Assembly: GCA_963813075.1 (NCBI GenBank)
Contig: CAWEXU010000013.1
Span: 128,001 to 192,000, forward strand
Direction of reading: 5' to 3'
Source: Methanotrichaceae archaeon
Lineage (GTDB): Archaea; Halobacteriota; Methanosarcinia; Methanotrichales; Methanotrichaceae
Length of the DNA: 64,000 bases
Both the position numbers and the translations under genes were made by a program. The first letter of the stretch is position 1; the number at the start of each line of letters is the position of its first letter. This document shows positions 58,711-64,000 of the stretch, piece by piece. Under the pieces are notes generated by a model. It saw only the letters and a program-made list of their open reading frames with translations, did no database searches and was not told the DNA's origin.

Positions 58711-61700
58711 TTATGGCATATAGTTTTCGTAGATGTATATATCTTTGTCTCCGCTGCGATCATCCGTCCAGACGATCCTCGCCGCCCTTATGCGCGGCTC
58801 CATCTGATTGCCGGGATCGGTGCAGATGGGCGTCTCTCGGGCCACATTCAGGTCGTAGACATAGATATCCGATTCTCCATTCCGCTTATCCTGCCAGACA
58901 ATGACCCCGTTCTCGACATCGGGATTGATCTGATCGGCTGAATCGGTGGTTATCTGCACCTCCTCGGCTCGTGTTCAGGTCGTAGGCATAGATATCCCAG
59001 TTTCCGTTGCGATTGTCCTGCCAGACCACAGTGCGACCGTCCGTTGAGGCATTGATCTGGTCGGCAGCATCAGTGACAATCGCCTGTGGCTCGGCTCCCC
59101 TACCCTGCTTCCAGAGGAGGATATCCCAGCTTCCCGCTTTGTTGTTCTGGTAGACCACGTAATCCCCTCCCGCCCGGGCATTGATGCCGCTGGGAGGCGA
59201 TTCGGGAGCAACCTCCTTCTCGTAAAGTGGTCGGGAGTAGACCATCCAGCCGAAGTAGGTCTTTCTCAAATAGGTCAGGTAATCATCGCTCAGAGAGATG
59301 GGGGTGGCATTCTCCAGGCCGTAGACCAATTCCGTCGAGTTGTCTATGGAAACGTCAAATGTCCTGATGCTCCAGTAATCCTCAATCTGGTATTGATTAT
59401 TTGGATTTCTGGCCACCCAGGCGATGATGCTTCCTCTTATGTCCGGATACATGTCCTCGTAGGGACTGGCAGCCAGCGGAAGCTCCAGCTCCTGAGCCAG
59501 GCTGTAGACGTAGATATCTGGATTGCCGGTGCGGTTGTCCATCCAGGCCACATAATAGCCCACCTGATCGTTTCCGCCTACAACCGGATGGCTCTGGTCT
59601 CCGGGGACCTTGCTGATAACGCTGCTCTGGCCGGCGGTAACTGCCACTGACCTGGGTTTGCCGCTGTGGGTATTGATCCAGACCAGCTTCCTGTCCATGC
59701 TCGGTTTGGCCTGGCCGGGACCGGCCTGGACCAATTCGTCCTTCCAGCTGGCCAGGTCCAGCTTTCTTATGGAAGTGTCCTCGCCCGAGCCGTCCACATA
59801 GGCGATATAATTACCCGATACCACGGGGTTGGACTGCTCACCTTCTCGGGGATAGGTCTTGCCCCATTTCTTATCCCAGAAGTAATAAGAGATATCACTC
59901 GTCTTGGCATCCTGCCAGGCAATGGTGTATCCGGAGATGTCCGGATAGAGCTGATCACCATCCTCAGTGAGCTTGGTCTCGGTTCCATTGACAAGGTCTT
60001 TTACATAGATATCGAAGTTGCCATTTCTGTTGTCCTGCCAGACCACCAGATCGCCGCTGATGACAGGATACATCTGCTGGCCTGATCCCTTGTAGATGGG
60101 CGTTGTCTTGTCCGCGGAAAGCTCTTTCATGTAGACATCCCAGTTGCCGCTGGAGTTGTCCTGCCAGACCACCTGGTCTCCGGAGATGGAGGGCCACATC
60201 TGATCGCCCTTGCCCGTGGCCACAGGGGACTCGACTCCGGTGGCGATGTTCGTCATATAAATATCCGAGTCTCCGCTCCGGTAGTCCGAGAAGACCACTA
60301 TATCCCCGGAGGACCGGGGGTAAAGCTGGTCGTAATCCCCTCGGGTTATGGGCTTTTCCGATCGGGTGAAGAAGTCAAAGCCGTAGATATTCCAGTTGCC
60401 CCTCCGGTTGTCGCTCCATACCAGCAGGCTGCCGTTGGTGCTTGGATAGTCTGCATCCAAAAGCAGAAGCGGATCGGAGTTTATGTATCTCATCCTGATC
60501 TGCGAATGGCCGTCGCTGTTGTCCATCCACACGATCTTGTTGTTGCTTATGATCTTGCTGGAGAGATAGGGCTTGACCTGGTCTGGATCGCCCTTGCCGT
60601 CGTTAGGGGTCTGCTGGTTGGGCAAAGTGGATATGGGCACCTCCAACCCCTTTCTCAGGTCAAACAGATAGATGTCCGAATCCCCCTGCCGGACGTCGAG
60701 CCAGGCTATATAATTGCCGTGGACAACCGGATTTCCCTGATTGGAGGGGTCGATCACCACAACTCTCTCCGTACTCGTGACCAGGTCATAGGTATAGATA
60801 TCCCAGTTCTCATGTCTGCCGTCCGCCCAGACCACAGTATTGCCCCATATCCAGGGTTGAGCCTGACGCGACGGGTCGGTGCAGATGGCGGTCTCCTTGC
60901 CCGTGGTGAGGTTAATGAGATAAAGGTCCCATTTGTCCTCGCCGCTGCGGGAATCGATCCAGACTATTCGGTCTTTATCGATCACCGGGGAGAGCTTCAT
61001 GGACTGGACGGTGGTAACCTGCTTTTCCTGGCCGGTGGTGATATCATAGAGGTAGATCTGCTCACCGCCTGAGCGCTGATCGATCCAGATGATGTTATTT
61101 CCATCGATCATTCCATAGCGGTGGTCGGACTGATCAGTGGTTACCTGCTTGGTCTCCCTGGTAGACAGGTTATAGAGGAATATGTGCAGATTGCCCTGAC
61201 TCTTATCCGTCCAGATCACATTTCCGTTGCTGATATCGGGGCTGCTGTGATCGAAGCTGCCCTCGGTTATCTGCGTCTCCTTTTCGGTGGTGGTGTTGAA
61301 CAGATAGACATTGAAGTTGCCGTCTCTGTTGTCCGTCCAGACGACATCATCCCCTGAGATCGAGGGATTGGTGTGATTGAAGGGGCCGCTGGTTATGGAT
61401 ATATCGGCCAGCATCTTGAAGTCCAACATCTGAATGTCCGGGTCAAGAGTCCCCTTTCTGAAGTCGGTCCAGACTATGCCCCGATCGCTGATGGCCGGTT
61501 CCATCTTGATGCTTCCAGCCGCTATCGGGAAGTCACTGCCTGTTTCGATATCATAGAGATTGATGTCCGTGTGGTTGTTCAGGTAGGTGATGTAGTGGCC
61601 ATAGACCCTGGGGTCGGTCTGCATGCCTGGTTTGCTGATGGTGGTCTCCTTGCCGGATCCCAGGTCCTTGAAGGCGATATCGGATTCGCCAGTGCGATTG

Positions 61701-62362
61701 TCGGCCCAGGCTACAATGTCTCCGCTCGCCGAGGGAAAAGACTGGTCACCGGCACCTGTCGAGACGGCAGACTCTTTGCCCGAGGCGATATCAAATGAAT
61801 AGATGTCGAAGTCGCCGGAACGCCTGTCCATCCAGACAACCCGGTCATCGCTGATCCTGGGCCTGATTTGCTCACCATTTGCTGAGGATACGACCGTCTC
61901 TTTCTGGGAGGGCAGGTCCATGAGGTGGATCTGATAGGTTCCTGTGCGGTCGTCCGCCCAGACCACCCTGTTGCCGCTGATGTCCGGTTGGGTCTGGTTT
62001 CCTTCAGCGATAGTTACCGCGGACTCGGTCTTGTTGATGACATCATACATGTAGACGTCTCCATTTCCAGAGCGCATATCCTGCCAGACGATGCGCTCGC
62101 CGGAGACGGCAGGACTGATCTGGAAGAAGGGATCTATGCAAACCCATCTCTCCAGGCCGGTCTCCAGGTCGTACATGAATATGTCGAAGTTTCCGCTCCT
62201 GTTATCTGACCAGGCGACAACATGTTCGTCTATTGCAGGCTGCAGCTGTTCTGAGCCTGCGATAATGGCTATGGGGCGCTCCTTTCCAAAGTCCGCCCCG
62301 CTGGCAGCTCCCGCCAATAGGAGGGCCGCCATCATGATCAAAAGCCTAATTGCCTTATGCAT
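58711..62362 (-). CDS. Secreted beta-propeller repeat surface protein, Methanosarcinales type (frameshift near 58965)
   Basis: Signal peptide followed by many P.ISG..VVW.D.R.GN.DIY.YDL repeats; the last repeats are in ORF 58711-58959. Confidence 0.9.
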
Positions 62363-62482
62363 CTCATCACTCTGTGATCGATATATTATGTTCTTCCTCG
62401 ATACTCGTCTGATGGTTTTGGCGAACCACTATAAGGACTTTTCTCGACGTTTGCCGTGATCAATCCGAAAGGAATTTGGATG

Positions 62483-64000
62483 CTAACGGATCATCGTTCT
62501 GCCCAGGGATACGAGGAAGAGGGCGAGGAGTAGCCATCCCAGGATGGACTCGACCGTGGCCAGGTAGCGGTAGACTCCTACCGGGTACCATTTCACCTGG
62601 GTCTTGGCGGTAAAAACCATAGCGCTGAAGTAGAGGTTGTCCAGGAATGTGAGCGACGCGCTCTGCCCCTGAAGGTATTCGGAGCCATTCAGCGGCTCCA
62701 CTACGATTCCAGCTCCCTGCCAGTATAAAAATGCGAACAGCAGGATGAATAAGCCGCTCAGGAATACCGTGTGTCTGGGTCGGACCCCGTATCCGCAGGA
62801 GATCCAGGCCAGGCCGTCCAATAGCTTTGACCAGTTGATCTTTCTCTTTTCTCCTTCCTGGATGGTAAATTCCTTGGCCGATTGGCTCATCCGACGGTAG
62901 TGGTAATAGCAGTCATCAGCATCCTCGAACCACTCCAGGTTCCGGTAGTTCCTGGCCAAAGAGAGGTATGCTTCGCCATCATATGTCAGGTGATTGCACA
63001 GCAGTGGCCACCTGGCCTCCAGGCGGATGAATTCGCAGTTATGAAGCGACATCTGCCCACGGATTTGCGCTTTTGTTAGGCGCATCTTATGGATGCTGGC
63101 GCTGGCAAGAGAGATGTCCTTGTGAAAACTGGCGGCCTTGAGATCCGCGGTCTTCGTGAATGCCGTCCCCTCAAAGAGAGCATCCTCCATAAAGCATGCC
63201 GTGACCAGACTGACATTTGCCATGAAAGCGGCCTGAGAGAAGGTGGCCGATCCACGAAAGAGAGTGTTCTCGAAGCACGCATCCCCCTGAAATGATGATC
63301 CCTGCCAGGAGGATCCGCCCCTGAACTGAGCACCTTTGAAGGTCGCCATGCCAAAGGTGGCCCAGGAGAACTGGGCATCCTTCTCTATGGTTGCCTCCTG
63401 GAAGTTCACATCGGAAAACTGGGCGCGAAAGAAGTTTGCATTGCCGGATATGCATGTACCGATGAATATCGCATCCATTCGAAACAGAGCGAACTCCATA
63501 TTCAGCTCCTCTTGGAAAAAGGTAGCTCGAAAGTCAGCATTACCCGAGAGAAGGGCTCCTTGAAAGCTGGCGTAGCCAGCGAATTTTGCCCCCTGAAACG
63601 AGGCTTCGGCATGAAAATACGACTTCCAGAAGCTCGTTGATCCATCAAAAGAGACCAGATTGAAGTTGGCGGTCCCTGAGAACCGGGCCCCTGTCCAGTC
63701 TGCGTCCCTCCGGAAGGAGGCCTCCAGGAAGTTGGCGCACAGCTCGCTGAATGTGGCAGAGACGAAAATGGCCGGGCAGTCGAAGAGGGCTTTGCCGAAG
63801 TTTGCTATAGCGGAAAAGCTCGCCTCCTGGAATCGGGCCTCTTTTAGGAATCCGGCATCTCTGAAGGAGGCGTATCTGAGAAAGCTGGTCCCCTCGAATC
63901 TGGCACCATCCTCGAATGTTGACCCTTTAAAGCTTGCCTCCTGGCAGAAGGTCGAGCCGCCAAGGTCCAGAGGCTCGCGGAAGATGGTGTTGGCTAAATT
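62483..64000 (-). CDS. Pentapeptide-repeat protein with a C-terminal ion-channel-like 2TM domain (5' end outside the window)
   Basis: A.F..A.F repeats, CGYGVRP, TM, LYFSAMVFT, ESILGWLLLALF. The pentapeptide pattern continues to the window edge. Confidence 0.85.
   Translation of the reverse strand, partial: NLANTIFREPLDLGGSTFCQEASFKGSTFEDGARFEGTSFLRYASFRDAGFLKEARFQEASFSAIANFGKALFDCPAIFVSATFSELCANFLEASFRRDADWTGARFSGTANFNLVSFDGSTSFWKSYFHAEASFQGAKFAGYASFQGALLSGNADFRATFFQEELNMEFALFRMDAIFIGTCISGNANFFRAQFSDVNFQEATIEKDAQFSWATFGMATFKGAQFRGGSSWQGSSFQGDACFENTLFRGSATFSQAAFMANVSLVTACFMEDALFEGTAFTKTADLKAASFHKDISLASASIHKMRLTKAQIRGQMSLHNCEFIRLEARWPLLCNHLTYDGEAYLSLARNYRNLEWFEDADDCYYHYRRMSQSAKEFTIQEGEKRKINWSKLLDGLAWISCGYGVRPRHTVFLSGLFILLFAFLYWQGAGIVVEPLNGSEYLQGQSASLTFLDNLYFSAMVFTAKTQVKWYPVGVYRYLATVESILGWLLLALFLVSLGRTMIR

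Overview
Archaeal chromosomal window, most likely from Methanothrix (Methanosaeta). This is inferred from the form II/III-type RuBisCO, aTrm56, rps3ae, the ferredoxin-geranylgeranyl reductase pair and a Methanosarcinales-type beta-propeller surface protein. Housekeeping genes (mtnA, mtnP-like, rps3ae, recJ-like, trm56, tpiA, hisF/H, gdhA, pdxS/T, tRNA-Leu) alternate with accessory blocks: (i) an AT-rich DUF488-DUF488-dual-OB module next to a decayed tyrosine integrase (1-2.5 kb); (ii) a CHAT-NTPase-TPR protein whose protease dyad appears lost (8.4-11.8 kb); (iii) a ~1224-aa protein with candidate beta-pore-former features, divergent from a secreted repeat protein (26.5-32.8 kb); (iv) a Cys-type formate dehydrogenase gene placed between NfnB/SudA-like and NfnA/SudB-like genes, with a formate/nitrite channel nearby (35.8-47.6 kb); (v) hicBA bracketed by a 31-bp direct repeat and followed by two caspase-family genes, one with a caspase-TM-TPR receptor-like layout (41.7-46.4 kb). 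More than a dozen genes, including conserved ones, carry single-base frameshifts, which most likely are sequencing or assembly indels. I give joined coordinates for those genes. All family assignments come from motif recognition by eye; no database search was run. No CRISPR array or rRNA was seen.
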